A stretch of 64,000 nucleotides of DNA from a virus (lineage: Duplodnaviria; Caudoviricetes). Positions within the stretch are counted from its first letter, which is position 1; every line of letters begins with the position of its first letter. The notes under the pieces were generated by a model. That model was given only the letters and a program-made list of their open reading frames with translations, was not told the DNA's origin and did no database searches. This document shows, one piece after another, positions 39,827 to 50,720 of the stretch. The position numbers and the translations under genes were made by a program. Location: the IMG/VR virus record IMGVR_UViG_3300010162_000393, positions 72,865 to 136,864 of that record. One strand, written 5' to 3'.

Positions 39827-40831
39827 TTACACTTTTTTTAGTGGAGTTAAAAATCGACAAAGATTTTTTTCATAATAAAACACCAAATCATCATCACGTA
39901 TTTCTTTACCAGATATTAACTTAAAAACCTGTGGGAAATACGTTAAAGGACAAGATTTAATTTTTCCAACAATATTTGTTTCCGGTGTTAAAAAATCCAT
40001 TTTTTCGTAAACACTAATAGTATTTCCAAAAGATGTTTCAAATTCATGGTAATTCAATCGGTAAAGTTGAGAATCTACATTGATTTTTCCTAACAAACAT
40101 CTTTCTGCAATGTAACCACAAAAATTTGATACGATTTTTTCACCCACTGATAATCCCCCAACTTCAAATATCAATTCATCAACTTGTTTTGAATGTATCT
40201 TAATATTACCATTATCAAATTCACTACTATTATAAATTTCGTTAAAAATTTGATAAAGAATATAATTTTGAATGGTTACATTTCTTGACATGTTCAATTT
40301 ACCAAATATGATTTGTCTGGTATATTTACTATTTTCAAAATATGGTAATAGTGGGTGCATATTACCTAAATGGTATTTTAAAAACTCTTTATAATTGTTT
40401 GTGTTGTTCACCAATGTTGGATCATGATATTTTAACGCTTGAAAATTTGCATGTTTCAAATCTACCGAAAGAAAGTATTTTCCATGATTGGTTTTTGTGT
40501 AAACAGATGTTTTTGGAATATTATTAAAAATAGCATTTGACGGAACAACATATCCGCTCATTGCTTTTGATGTGAAATCTTGATATGCTTCAGATTTCTC
40601 TATACTAGTTATCATTTTATCCCTACATTGGTAATAATCATCTAAAAACTGATTTTCATCACCATTGTAATATGTGTCAATTAATGACAATAACCATAAC
40701 CATTTTTTATAAGAATCATTATATTCATCATATAATTTCAACTGATATTCAAAATACGGATAATCCAATACACTGATAGGTAGATTGAAGTCATTTACAA
40801 AACGGTTTTTTAATTTGATGTTTGTACTCAT
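39827..40831 (-). CDS. Hypothetical protein with family-A polymerase-like palm motifs
   Basis: FLSVDLKHANFQAL (motif A-like), QVDELIFEV (motif C-like). Confidence 0.5.
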   Translation of the reverse strand: MSTNIKLKNRFVNDFNLPISVLDYPYFEYQLKLYDEYNDSYKKWLWLLSLIDTYYNGDENQFLDDYYQCRDKMITSIEKSEAYQDFTSKAMSGYVVPSNAIFNNIPKTSVYTKTNHGKYFLSVDLKHANFQALKYHDPTLVNNTNNYKEFLKYHLGNMHPLLPYFENSKYTRQIIFGKLNMSRNVTIQNYILYQIFNEIYNSSEFDNGNIKIHSKQVDELIFEVGGLSVGEKIVSNFCGYIAERCLLGKINVDSQLYRLNYHEFETSFGNTISVYEKMDFLTPETNIVGKIKSCPLTYFPQVFKLISGKEIRDDDLVFYYEKNLCRFLTPLKKV

Positions 40832-41208
40832 TTGTCGACTATTTTGATTTTTGGTAAAAAAGAAAATGTGATTATATATTTAAAAATTTCTTTTATCAAT
40901 ATACATATATTTTTTGTAACCACAACCCTGTATTCCCATTTAAGTTTTCTTATTTCTTTTCTTATACTATCGGTTATTTTGTGTTCCCCATTTTTATACC
41001 TATCATAACGAAAAATTTTCCATTCAATCCAATATTCCCACCAATCTTCACATGTCCATAAAAAATCTGGTGCAAAAGCTGCTAAAGGAATTTTAATAAA
41101 TATAAAAAATATCATGTAGAATAATGTACCAAAAGCAAATAATGTCATTAATAATGCTACAACCGTTCCAATTGGACCGACTTCTTCTAAACCTAATTGT
41201 TCAATCAT
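40828..41208 (-). CDS. Membrane protein
   Basis: Long N-terminal hydrophobic segment. Confidence 0.55.
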   Translation of the reverse strand: MIEQLGLEEVGPIGTVVALLMTLFAFGTLFYMIFFIFIKIPLAAFAPDFLWTCEDWWEYWIEWKIFRYDRYKNGEHKITDSIRKEIRKLKWEYRVVVTKNICILIKEIFKYIITFSFLPKIKIVDK

Positions 41209-41323
41209 ATGTAAAATGTTAAGATATATACATTACCGCACTTGTTTTTGATATTTCATTTATGAAGTATGTGTTATAGGTGTAAAGCGGAGATAACATA
41301 ATAATATCATATTTATTTGTTTT

Positions 41324-42100
41324 TTAATTAATTATTATTGTGTGATTATAAACAGTCTCCATCCACTGTGTTTTGTATTCTACTTTATCCGGTTGAATTT
41401 CGTAGGATATTAGTTTAGGTTTTTCACTATTACATTTTATTTTTTGGATGTATCCTATGACACAACATATTGAATCGCTTGAATCATAGTTTATCTTTTT
41501 TATTTCACCTTTTTTATCATATAAAACATTTATATCCGGATATTTTTCTATTATCATATCGAATATAACATCTTTTTTGGCAACCCCAAAAGGAAATTCT
41601 CCGAATAGTGGTATTGTTCCATCCTTCAACGATTTTTTAATTTCCTTTATATTTCGTTTTTCACCCTTTTTGTTATATACATTCACAGCACACAGAGAAG
41701 GAAAGGCGTACATTCTTGCGTCATAGGAGGAAATTTCCTCACAAATAATATTCAATGTATTATAAATAACATGTGTAATTATACCACTAAATCTCATAAG
41801 GGTTCCAACAGTATTTATGTTGTTAGACCCAAAAAGTGGTTGTTCAATAACAACTTTAGTAATACTATTATCATATGTCATTTTAATAATAGTTTCGTAT
41901 TGTTTTAGTTTTTCCTCAAAAATTTTACTTTTTGTTAAAAGAGATTCTAACCCCTTTAATTTTTTGGTTTCTTTGTTATTTAATTCAAGACTTTCGGATA
42001 ATATAACATCCAAAATATCGTTTTCATGTTTGAATAATGACATTCCAATTACAGAGGTAGAAATATCTAATCCTAATAGGTATTCGATTTTATTTTCCAT
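41324..42100 (-). CDS. ruvC: RuvC-like Holliday junction resolvase
   Basis: LGLDISTSVIG, VVIEQP, YDSSDSI; start probably ATG 42100. Confidence 0.8.
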   Translation of the reverse strand: MENKIEYLLGLDISTSVIGMSLFKHENDILDVILSESLELNNKETKKLKGLESLLTKSKIFEEKLKQYETIIKMTYDNSITKVVIEQPLFGSNNINTVGTLMRFSGIITHVIYNTLNIICEEISSYDARMYAFPSLCAVNVYNKKGEKRNIKEIKKSLKDGTIPLFGEFPFGVAKKDVIFDMIIEKYPDINVLYDKKGEIKKINYDSSDSICCVIGYIQKIKCNSEKPKLISYEIQPDKVEYKTQWMETVYNHTIIIN

Positions 42101-42146
42101 TTTATTATGTTTGTTTATGGATAATATAATGGAATCTGGGATTAAA

Positions 42147-43973
42147 TCAAGTCTTGCTTTTTTCTTCTTTGATAATTGTATCAATCACAAGTGTTTTCTT
42201 TATAACTTTGTTGTAAACGTATTCGGTATATGTGTTGTTGAATATTTGTATGTAAGTGTATACGTGTTTATCTTGTGAAATTCTGAAATTTCTATCCATA
42301 AACTGTATTAAGTTTCCGGGTACAAAATCAAATGAATTTAAAATTAAAACATTGGATGCTACAAGAGTAATTCCTACTCCCGCCGCTAACACATTGCCGG
42401 CGAACACTTTACAATCCGGTTTGTTTGTAAAATCTTCTTGTGCTTTATCTTTTTGTTTTGCTGTCATTCCACCATGATATGTAACACATTTATCACCGAA
42501 ATACTCTTTTAGTTCCGACAATTCATCATTATAGCAACACCCTATTATTACCTTACTACCACTTTCTAACCAACTTTCACATAATTCTATGGTATGAGAA
42601 ATCATCTGTTTTGCTAAATACTGACGATATAGTGTTCCGCTAACCAGATCTTTGTATAATTCATCAACATTTATTCCTTCATCTTCTTTTGCTTTAACAT
42701 ATTCTGACCAGAGTTTATCATACTCTTTTCTTTGTGTTGGTGTTAAATCGTAGAAACGTTCCATTATGGTACGTTCTGGTAATCCGGGTATTTCTCTCTT
42801 CAACCTTCGTAAATAAAGGTGTTTACATTTTTCATATAATTCTTCTCCGTTTGTGTCGGCGTTTGGTTTTAATATTTCTCTACCAGTTTTTAATCGCATT
42901 TTTTTTGCGCCACAATATCTTGTATAATAATAATTATAATCTTTTGATAATTCTGATCCTATTAATCCTAATATGTTAAAGAAATTGATATGACTATTTG
43001 AAATAGGTGTACCACTAAGAGCATATATATTTTCAACTCCACTTCTACTCAAATAATCACGAATTGCTTTATATCTGGCGGCACTTGTATTTGAGAATTT
43101 ATGACATTCATCTATGATAACTAAATCAAAATTTGATTGAATAAGAGGATTTTGTTCGTTTAATTCTTCTATTTTTTGTTTGTTTCTTGATTTAACCTTT
43201 TTTGGTTTACCTGTATATTCATCTATAATGGTATCATAGGCAACGGAATGAAGAACATTATTTAAAATGTCCGGATTCGCTATTACATATTTTTTAGTTA
43301 AATCCCATTTTTCTCTATCTTTGCCTTGTACAATTTCAACATCGGTTATTCCGAAAAACCCCAATTCTTTTTTCCAAGTTGATTTTACAGATGCGGGACA
43401 TATTATTAAAATTTTATTAAAACTACCATTTATTGATGCTGCTATACTACTGATTGTTTTACCCAAACCCATTTCGTCTGCCAAAATACATTTCTTATTT
43501 GCATTGAGAAATTTGATGGCATCTATTTGGTGTTCCAATATTTTTCTACCACTTTCTTCCAACATTTTATTGAGATTTTCTACATCAACAAAATGATTTT
43601 TCCAATCAATTTCAACCATAACATCCAAAATATTCTTCTTTGGAATGAACAATGAAACCCATTTTTCTTGGTTCTGTGACCATTTACACCAACAATGATA
43701 TATGTAGTCAGTTTCACCGGAAAGTGTCTTAATCTTCAATTTAGAAGGTATGAATGATATTTTATACTTGTATTGTAATTCTTTTCCATAATGTTCTGCA
43801 ATTTTTATTACTCTATCAATTATGATGGGTTCTGTTCTCATGTAATTCATAAGAACATATTGTAATTCAAAATCACTTAAATTATTTTTTGTTTTGAGAT
43901 AATTTATGTGAGAATTACGTCCTTCGTAATCTTTTAAAATAATAATTGCTTCGTTTCTTTTCTTAGTAGTCAT
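42147..43973 (-). CDS. SNF2-family helicase
   Basis: LADEMGLGKT, IICPAS, IIDECH, LSGTP, LRRLK, AAGVGITL. Confidence 0.9.
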   Translation of the reverse strand: MTTKKRNEAIIILKDYEGRNSHINYLKTKNNLSDFELQYVLMNYMRTEPIIIDRVIKIAEHYGKELQYKYKISFIPSKLKIKTLSGETDYIYHCWCKWSQNQEKWVSLFIPKKNILDVMVEIDWKNHFVDVENLNKMLEESGRKILEHQIDAIKFLNANKKCILADEMGLGKTISSIAASINGSFNKILIICPASVKSTWKKELGFFGITDVEIVQGKDREKWDLTKKYVIANPDILNNVLHSVAYDTIIDEYTGKPKKVKSRNKQKIEELNEQNPLIQSNFDLVIIDECHKFSNTSAARYKAIRDYLSRSGVENIYALSGTPISNSHINFFNILGLIGSELSKDYNYYYTRYCGAKKMRLKTGREILKPNADTNGEELYEKCKHLYLRRLKREIPGLPERTIMERFYDLTPTQRKEYDKLWSEYVKAKEDEGINVDELYKDLVSGTLYRQYLAKQMISHTIELCESWLESGSKVIIGCCYNDELSELKEYFGDKCVTYHGGMTAKQKDKAQEDFTNKPDCKVFAGNVLAAGVGITLVASNVLILNSFDFVPGNLIQFMDRNFRISQDKHVYTYIQIFNNTYTEYVYNKVIKKTLVIDTIIKEEKSKT

Positions 43974-44190
43974 CCCTTCTTCCTAACGGTTTTTTGAATC
44001 GCATCCAGAACTCGTCACCGCATTTCTGACACTGCATGTTACGACAATTATTATTACAAGCAATGTGGTGTATTACACCACCACATTTTTTACATATTCC
44101 TTTGTTGTACATTATTGTTTCAGAAGCGTATATTAAACCTAATATTCCTAATGCTATTACAATAACAAATATGATAAAATATCCAAACAT
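43963..44190 (-). CDS. Membrane-anchored zinc-ribbon protein
   Basis: Transmembrane helix plus CKKC...CQKC. Confidence 0.6.
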   Translation of the reverse strand: MFGYFIIFVIVIALGILGLIYASETIMYNKGICKKCGGVIHHIACNNNCRNMQCQKCGDEFWMRFKKPLGRRDDY

Positions 44191-44245
44191 AACTTAACAT
44201 TTTGTAGTTAAAAATACAATAAGGTTTTCTAAATTCAAAACAATT

Positions 44246-44254
44246 CTATTTATA
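44246..44254 (+). promoter_or_regulatory. Late promoter motif CTATTTATA
   Basis: Upstream of the 44274 ATG. Confidence 0.7.
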
Positions 44255-44273
44255 TGAAAAGTGTAAAAAACAC

Positions 44274-47200
44274 ATGCCTATAATAGATAATAAAGATACT
44301 ATAAAATCTTATTTTATTGCCGGGGCAATCCCGTCAGAAAGTAATTATGTTAATTTAATAGATTCTACTCATATAGTACATGATACAGATGTTGATGGTA
44401 ATAGTACTGGTATTGTAATTGAACCAAGAAATAGTGGTATTAACAGGGTTATAAAACTTGAAACCAAAGTTATAAATGATTTAATAAAAGCGCAATTAGG
44501 TAGTACTAGTGTTGCACATAATAGAACAATTACTATAAACCAATCGTTTAAAGAAACCGATGAGTTTGGAGACCCTATACCTTCTATTCAAACATTTACT
44601 CTTAATCAAAATGAAGATAAAACAATTAATATAGTTATTCCAAATGGAACAATAAAGGTTGTTGAAAATAACAGTGGCGAAGTACAGCAACAAATTAAAA
44701 AAACTGATAATCTTGAAGATGAAATCATATTATCTAAAATAGCATTTTCAGGTGATTGGAATGATGTTCAAAATAAACCTACCATTCCTGATGCAGATTC
44801 TTTTTCACAAGTAAACGCTGATTGGGCGGAAGATGAACCGACTAGTGTTTCATTCATTAGAAATAAACCGAATTTTGCTGATGGGGAACTATTTGTAATG
44901 CAAAACGGTAGTAATGTAAAATCATATTTTATAGACAGTGGTGGTGTTAAACATGATTATGTTTTTAGACCTGACACCACATTTAAAACGTATTATGAAA
45001 TTGAGGCAGTTGATTGGGAGGTAGCAGAAAATGCTCCTGGAGGAATAAAGAATAAACCGCTTCTCGCTAAAGTGTCTTATACAGGAAATTACAATGATTT
45101 ATTTTATAAACCTGGTGCAGCAAATAATCCCCCTATAATAATATATAAAAATAAAACAAAGGGGTTTGATTCAATTTTAAAAGAAGGTGATGAGGGTAGC
45201 GGCGCAACTGCAACTGCAACAACAAAAATTAGTGTTACTCAAGTTCAAATTATGGATGGTGGTTCTGGTTATGTATCTAGTTCCCCACCAAACGTTGTTT
45301 TTTCATCTCCAATAGCGGAAGGTGGTATATTAGCAACCGGCACTGCAAATGTTTCTCATACAGGAAGTGTAACAAGTATTATAAATATAAATTCAAATGT
45401 AAATTGTGGTTATTCATTTGCAACACCACCTACTATTACAATTGATCCGCCAGCAGAAGGTGGAAGCAGAGCAACAGGTTTTGCAATCCTTGAAGCATGT
45501 TTGGATACAATAACCGTTGTTAACGGAGGAAGTGGTTATAACCCATTAAAACCACCTAAAATTACTGTTGTTGGAGGAAATAATGCAGTTGTAACCCCGA
45601 TTATAAGCGATGGTGGACAAATATCCGGTTTTACTATAACAGAAAGAGGGGAAAATTTTACTGGGGATGTTAGTATAATTATAGGACCTGCACCAATAAT
45701 ATTCACATTAAATCAACCTAATAAAGAAGAATATGATTTGGAGATGGCATTGGTCGGATTAACAGGTGATTTTGATGATTTAGATAATAAACCAACTATT
45801 GGTGATGGTGCATTTGTTATTACTTTAAATAATAATGAATTAATCGAAGAAGAAAATCGTTTTAATGCAAATTCAGTGCAACCTGTTTTTCTTAATATTA
45901 ACGCTGCAACTAATATTACAATAGATGGTGATGTTTATAGTGATTACAATATTCCGGTTGATGAACAGGGTTATTTCCATATTAATACTTATTTAATGGA
46001 TGTGGATATAACAAGGGGTCCAGATGATTTGGTAGAATATGTATATAATGGAAGTGATTTAATATTTGATGTTCTACATGGATATGATGAAACTCTTGAT
46101 GAGAACGTGCAATCGTTTAAGGTTGATAATAAAGGTAGAGTTATTTCGTACAAAAGTAGGAAGTATAAAGTGAAACTCCCAAATGTTATTGTTTCAAATA
46201 CGGGAGATATTATTGGTGAGAGTGGTGTTGAAAATGGTGGTAATATACAATTGGATTTGATATTAAAGGATACTAATCCTGAAATAAATGTGTTGCCAGT
46301 TGAATTACCTTGTCCTTTAGATAGGGTTATTGGTATAAAATCTATTAGTAATTTATCATTGGATGATAAGGGTAGGGTAAATTCAGCAGATTTAACAAAC
46401 TATAAAATAATTTTACCCAATGTTATTTTAGAAAACGATGTGGTTGGTATAGGTGTAGTTGATGAGGGAGATATTAAAATTGATACAAGTTTAAAAGATA
46501 TAAATCCAGGTGTTACAAATGTGGAAGAAACTACAACATGTCCGGTAGATAGAACGTTTAGTGTTTCGTTTGTATCCGACATATCTTTAGACGAAAAGGG
46601 TAGGGTGACTGATGTGGTTAAAAAAACTGATAATTTGGTTATCCCTAACATCACTTTAAGTGGTGGTGTTACTGGTAGTGGGGTGGTTAATAATGGAAAT
46701 ATTGAAATTACTACTACTTTAGAATCGCATACGCATGATCCATCGCATATTAATACAAATAACAATAATTTATTTGTAACAGCGGCAGAAAAGGCGGCAT
46801 GGAATGCAAAACCAGATTCTATTACTAATGTAATACCATTCAAAATGTATCATACTAACAATCAAACCACTTTTGGTTCAGGTACAGGGTGGTTTAGAAT
46901 AGCAGCTCTAACCGCTCGTTCTGGTGGTATTGTAGATTTGAGTGTTGGTATTCAGGATGATTCTTTTGTTATGTCGTTTGCTTTTTCTTCCATGTATTCT
47001 GATAAATCATGGAATACTAACCTTCAGAGTATATCTTTGATTGATTCGGGTTTTATGAGTGTTGCTTCCAATACTCCTGTATTTGAAAAAATAAGGTTGG
47101 TTTATAGAAGTGGACCAACAACAACGGTTGAAAACAGTGCTTTTATAGAGATTTATAAAAGATCATCACATTCAAGACTGATTAATTATCATGCATTTTG

Positions 47201-48008
47201 TTTTGGTGTAGCAGCTGCTTATGATTTTGTTGATTTAATACACCCTGTAGCTGGATCTATACCTTCTGGTTACACATCAAAAGAAATAAATACAACTGGG
47301 GGTTCTACTACTTCAACGTTTTCTGATCCTTTGATGACTCCCTTTAATTCAGACATTGATGATTCAGGTATTAATAAAGTAAATATTGGATTGAATAATG
47401 AAAATAATATTAAAAGTTATATTAATATTATAGAAGAGTGTGAAAATAGAATTACAACACTAGAATCTATAGGTGGAAAGTGGGTTGGATTTAATTTTAA
47501 TACTTTTTATGATCTTGAAAGCACAGAATTATCAAGAAAAATAAATAATGGGGATTATATTTATGTTATTCACGATGAGTTTCATCCGTGTGAAATTAGT
47601 GGTGAACCACAATTAACACTATATAGATGGGTTGATGAACAAAATAAGTTTGTTTTTTCACATGTTGTTCATGAAGATCCTATAGGTAAATTTACTAACA
47701 ATGAATTTGGGTTATTAAAAGGTGAAAATAAAAAACCTGCTTATATTAATGCTCAAAACGATGGTACAGGAAAGGTGAATTTATATCCGAGAATACTTGA
47801 TTATGATAACGAAACAAAAAATATATGGTTAGATTGTGAAATACCTGATGGTTATTGTTTGTTTGGTTTTAATAAAGGTGTTGTGAGTGAGTCTATGGAT
47901 TTAAGATTAATTTCTTCTGATTTGTTTTCGTATAAATATGAAGAGATAAATACATCTGTATTAGAAGATATATCATGGAAAAAATTCTATGCACGTTATA
48001 TTCAATAA
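44274..48008 (+). CDS. Tail fibre/long virion appendage protein
   Basis: GDWNDVQNKP-type fibre repeats, GGSGY repeats, three KGRV repeats, HTH metal-binding motif, GWFRIA distal domain. Confidence 0.75.
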   Translation: MPIIDNKDTIKSYFIAGAIPSESNYVNLIDSTHIVHDTDVDGNSTGIVIEPRNSGINRVIKLETKVINDLIKAQLGSTSVAHNRTITINQSFKETDEFGDPIPSIQTFTLNQNEDKTINIVIPNGTIKVVENNSGEVQQQIKKTDNLEDEIILSKIAFSGDWNDVQNKPTIPDADSFSQVNADWAEDEPTSVSFIRNKPNFADGELFVMQNGSNVKSYFIDSGGVKHDYVFRPDTTFKTYYEIEAVDWEVAENAPGGIKNKPLLAKVSYTGNYNDLFYKPGAANNPPIIIYKNKTKGFDSILKEGDEGSGATATATTKISVTQVQIMDGGSGYVSSSPPNVVFSSPIAEGGILATGTANVSHTGSVTSIININSNVNCGYSFATPPTITIDPPAEGGSRATGFAILEACLDTITVVNGGSGYNPLKPPKITVVGGNNAVVTPIISDGGQISGFTITERGENFTGDVSIIIGPAPIIFTLNQPNKEEYDLEMALVGLTGDFDDLDNKPTIGDGAFVITLNNNELIEEENRFNANSVQPVFLNINAATNITIDGDVYSDYNIPVDEQGYFHINTYLMDVDITRGPDDLVEYVYNGSDLIFDVLHGYDETLDENVQSFKVDNKGRVISYKSRKYKVKLPNVIVSNTGDIIGESGVENGGNIQLDLILKDTNPEINVLPVELPCPLDRVIGIKSISNLSLDDKGRVNSADLTNYKIILPNVILENDVVGIGVVDEGDIKIDTSLKDINPGVTNVEETTTCPVDRTFSVSFVSDISLDEKGRVTDVVKKTDNLVIPNITLSGGVTGSGVVNNGNIEITTTLESHTHDPSHINTNNNNLFVTAAEKAAWNAKPDSITNVIPFKMYHTNNQTTFGSGTGWFRIAALTARSGGIVDLSVGIQDDSFVMSFAFSSMYSDKSWNTNLQSISLIDSGFMSVASNTPVFEKIRLVYRSGPTTTVENSAFIEIYKRSSHSRLINYHAFCFGVAAAYDFVDLIHPVAGSIPSGYTSKEINTTGGSTTSTFSDPLMTPFNSDIDDSGINKVNIGLNNENNIKSYINIIEECENRITTLESIGGKWVGFNFNTFYDLESTELSRKINNGDYIYVIHDEFHPCEISGEPQLTLYRWVDEQNKFVFSHVVHEDPIGKFTNNEFGLLKGENKKPAYINAQNDGTGKVNLYPRILDYDNETKNIWLDCEIPDGYCLFGFNKGVVSESMDLRLISSDLFSYKYEEINTSVLEDISWKKFYARYIQ

Positions 48009-48026
48009 ATTAATTAATTAAAACTA

Positions 48027-48422
48027 ATGCAAAATTTCTTCATAAATAAAGATAGTATTCTACCAACTCTTGAAATGAAATTAATAGAACAAGGTCGTGT
48101 TGGTTCCGATGCACATGTATCATTTTATAATGCACTTCAAAATGCTGATATATTTTTCACTATGATTGATGTTGATACAGGTGTTACAAAAGTAGCGCAT
48201 CAACCTGCTATTCTAATAGAATCTGATGGTTGTACCGATCAATTTAACATAGCATACGAATGGAAAAAACGGGACGTATCACGTCCCGGAAAATACAGAG
48301 GTCAATTTGAAATTATATTCTCTGATGATAATATACCAGAGTTCGCAAGTAAGAACTTAGTGGTTCCTATACATAACGAACTTATGATAAATGTTACCGA
48401 AGGATCAATCAAAAAACACTAA
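48027..48422 (+). CDS. BppU-like baseplate/fibre-associated protein
   Basis: FFINKDSILPTLEM...YEW...PGKYRGQFEI. Confidence 0.55.
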   Translation: MQNFFINKDSILPTLEMKLIEQGRVGSDAHVSFYNALQNADIFFTMIDVDTGVTKVAHQPAILIESDGCTDQFNIAYEWKKRDVSRPGKYRGQFEIIFSDDNIPEFASKNLVVPIHNELMINVTEGSIKKH

Positions 48423-48643
48423 TCATCGATCCAATCGGCATCTGGCATCAAAATTACCTCGTTAATTTCATCCTGTTGAATACCATTATAGATATTCGTT
48501 TCATGATAGTGGTGATGAACTGAAAATTTATAATTTCCAAACTTTTCCTGTTGTCCGTTTACTTCAACGTAAACAGGTATTTTACCTCCACTTCTTTTAC
48601 GAATATCTTCTAACTCTTCGATTAGTTTGTCAAGCGTAATCAT
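48419..48643 (-). CDS. Hypothetical protein
   Basis: 74-aa ORF coupled to FKBP. Confidence 0.55.
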   Translation of the reverse strand: MITLDKLIEELEDIRKRSGGKIPVYVEVNGQQEKFGNYKFSVHHHYHETNIYNGIQQDEINEVILMPDADWIDD

Positions 48644-48993
48644 TTCAATGGTCTTAATGCATGTAATAATTCAACGTCAAATGTTAAATCTGAATTAGGT
48701 GGTATGCTATCACCAGCACCTCGATTCCCATAACCCATTTCAGATGGAATGTTTAATGTGCGTTTTCCACCGATTTTCATACCGATTATACCGCTATCCC
48801 AACCCTTAATTACTTGACCAACACCGATTTGACATTGAAATGGTTGATTTCTGGTATGAGAACTGTCAAATTCTTTTCCGTTTTCCAACAATTTTCCGGT
48901 GTAGTGCATAAATACAACATCACCAACTTCTATTGATTGTTCAGTTGTTCCAACAACTGTGTCAATTACTTCTAAATCGTTTAACTTTTCCAT
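48640..48993 (-). CDS. FKBP-type peptidyl-prolyl isomerase
   Basis: [42 protein letters not shown]. Confidence 0.95.
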   Translation of the reverse strand: MEKLNDLEVIDTVVGTTEQSIEVGDVVFMHYTGKLLENGKEFDSSHTRNQPFQCQIGVGQVIKGWDSGIIGMKIGGKRTLNIPSEMGYGNRGAGDSIPPNSDLTFDVELLHALRPLK

Positions 48994-48994
48994 G

Positions 48995-50080
48995 TTATTT
49001 AAAAATTTTTAAAATGTTATTATTATTTTCTTTTACTATATTAATAGGAAACATTTCTTGTTGTCTCCATCTCAATGCTATTTCAGGTATATCCTTTTTA
49101 ATATTCTTTTTAATATTAAGTTTAGGATAGTTAATTGTATTTAATACTTGAACAAACTTGTTGTCTATAATTGTATTCTCCGCCATATCAACTTCAACAT
49201 CATATAATAGTTTGTTGTATTTATTATTAACCAATGGTTTTAATAGAATGTTATAATATATTCTATTGGATATGATTTCCTCCTTCCATATACGCTTATA
49301 TGATTCTAAATTAATATTTCCATTATATTTATCATTAGGAAGAAATTTAAGAAGAAATTCTTTATATTCTTCAGAACATATTTTGTAATTGTCTGTGATA
49401 ATTTTTTCATATTCTATCCAAACATTATCAGTAACAGGTTTATTTACAAAACAACGTTCAACTTTATCATATGTTGAACCTATATTTGTAAATCCGACTA
49501 ACACAATTTTATTGTTTTCCCAGAACGTGTTTTTAAAATCTAAATTAGATAATAGTTTAATATTTTCTAAATCATATTCTGTTGGAACAACCCCAAATAC
49601 AGGTTGTTTTGTATCTATTTTAATTTTTTGAAATCCTTCTGTTCGTTTAAGTTGTACGACATTATAATTGAATTTTTTAATTTCTTCAACTAACAAATCG
49701 TTTCCATAAGTAACAATTAAGTCACAACTTTGAATAACTTTTGTTATTTTTGTACCGAGTTCTCTTTCATTGAACTTTTTATATAAATCATGTGTTTTTG
49801 GTAATTGCCACCACTCTTCTATATAATAAATGAATTTTGGTTTTAGATATTCACTTTTATAATATAAAATTCTTTGACGAATTTCTTCAAATGAAACATG
49901 TTTATTAAAAATAACGCTATCATATTCATTAAAATTTATAGATGTTATATCACATCCCACTTTTATTGTAATATGAATATCATTACTTTTTTCCTGTAAT
50001 TCAATTAAGGGTTTAACTATATTGTTTAAATACCCCTTATCAAGTTTATTATTGATAACTAATATCCTTTTCTTTTCCAT
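48995..50080 (-). CDS. Glycosyltransferase-like protein (degenerate GT-B)
   Basis: Rossmann-like alternation, [21 protein letters not shown]; weak. Confidence 0.4.
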   Translation of the reverse strand: MEKKRILVINNKLDKGYLNNIVKPLIELQEKSNDIHITIKVGCDITSINFNEYDSVIFNKHVSFEEIRQRILYYKSEYLKPKFIYYIEEWWQLPKTHDLYKKFNERELGTKITKVIQSCDLIVTYGNDLLVEEIKKFNYNVVQLKRTEGFQKIKIDTKQPVFGVVPTEYDLENIKLLSNLDFKNTFWENNKIVLVGFTNIGSTYDKVERCFVNKPVTDNVWIEYEKIITDNYKICSEEYKEFLLKFLPNDKYNGNINLESYKRIWKEEIISNRIYYNILLKPLVNNKYNKLLYDVEVDMAENTIIDNKFVQVLNTINYPKLNIKKNIKKDIPEIALRWRQQEMFPINIVKENNNNILKIFK

Positions 50081-50081
50081 T

Positions 50082-50720
50082 TTATTTTGAAAATAATTTT
50101 TTAATCAAATTTTTTTGTTTTGAAAAAGCATCTTCGGTTGTTTTTTCAAAAACATATTCTCTCAACTCTTCGTTTTCACCAGCAAAATACCATATAACAT
50201 ATTCCCAATTATTTATCCTTGTTATACTTTCATTGGTAATTTCAGCAAAAACATTATGGGGTGCGAAAAATAATAATTTTTTATCACATTTTGATGTTAC
50301 TAGATTTTCAAGATAATCATCAATAATATAATCCCCTACTATTAAACTTTTATTTTTTGCTGTAATAATATTATCTGTACTTATATGTGGAAAAAATCTT
50401 TCAATCCATTTAAATTTTTCAACAATGTTTTGAGGATATACACATGCGGTTACAATATAAATATTATAAAATTTGGATAGTATGTCGGTTGCTTCAACAC
50501 TATCTTCTTTTGGTTGTATCATTTCCGAAAAAAGTTCGGGTGTTTTCAACAATTCATACATATCATCAACCGCTTCCGGTTTAATAAAATCTGTTATTCC
50601 CCAAGATAATATGTTCTGGGGTTGAAGATTGTCATCGTATTTTTTATTATATAATTCCAACCAACACTCTAAAAGAGTACCAAGTGTATCATCTAAATCA
50701 ATCAGTATTGTTTTCTTCAT
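50082..50720 (-). CDS. 5'(3')-deoxyribonucleotidase (HAD)
   Basis: ILIDLDDTL, IYIVTA, KFKWI, DYIIDD, APHN. Confidence 0.88.
   Translation of the reverse strand: MKKTILIDLDDTLGTLLECWLELYNKKYDDNLQPQNILSWGITDFIKPEAVDDMYELLKTPELFSEMIQPKEDSVEATDILSKFYNIYIVTACVYPQNIVEKFKWIERFFPHISTDNIITAKNKSLIVGDYIIDDYLENLVTSKCDKKLLFFAPHNVFAEITNESITRINNWEYVIWYFAGENEELREYVFEKTTEDAFSKQKNLIKKLFSK

Noticed and set aside
42147-43973. Intein or intron in the helicase or capsid gene
   Set aside because: No intein splice-junction (C...HN) or LAGLIDADG motifs; reading frames are continuous
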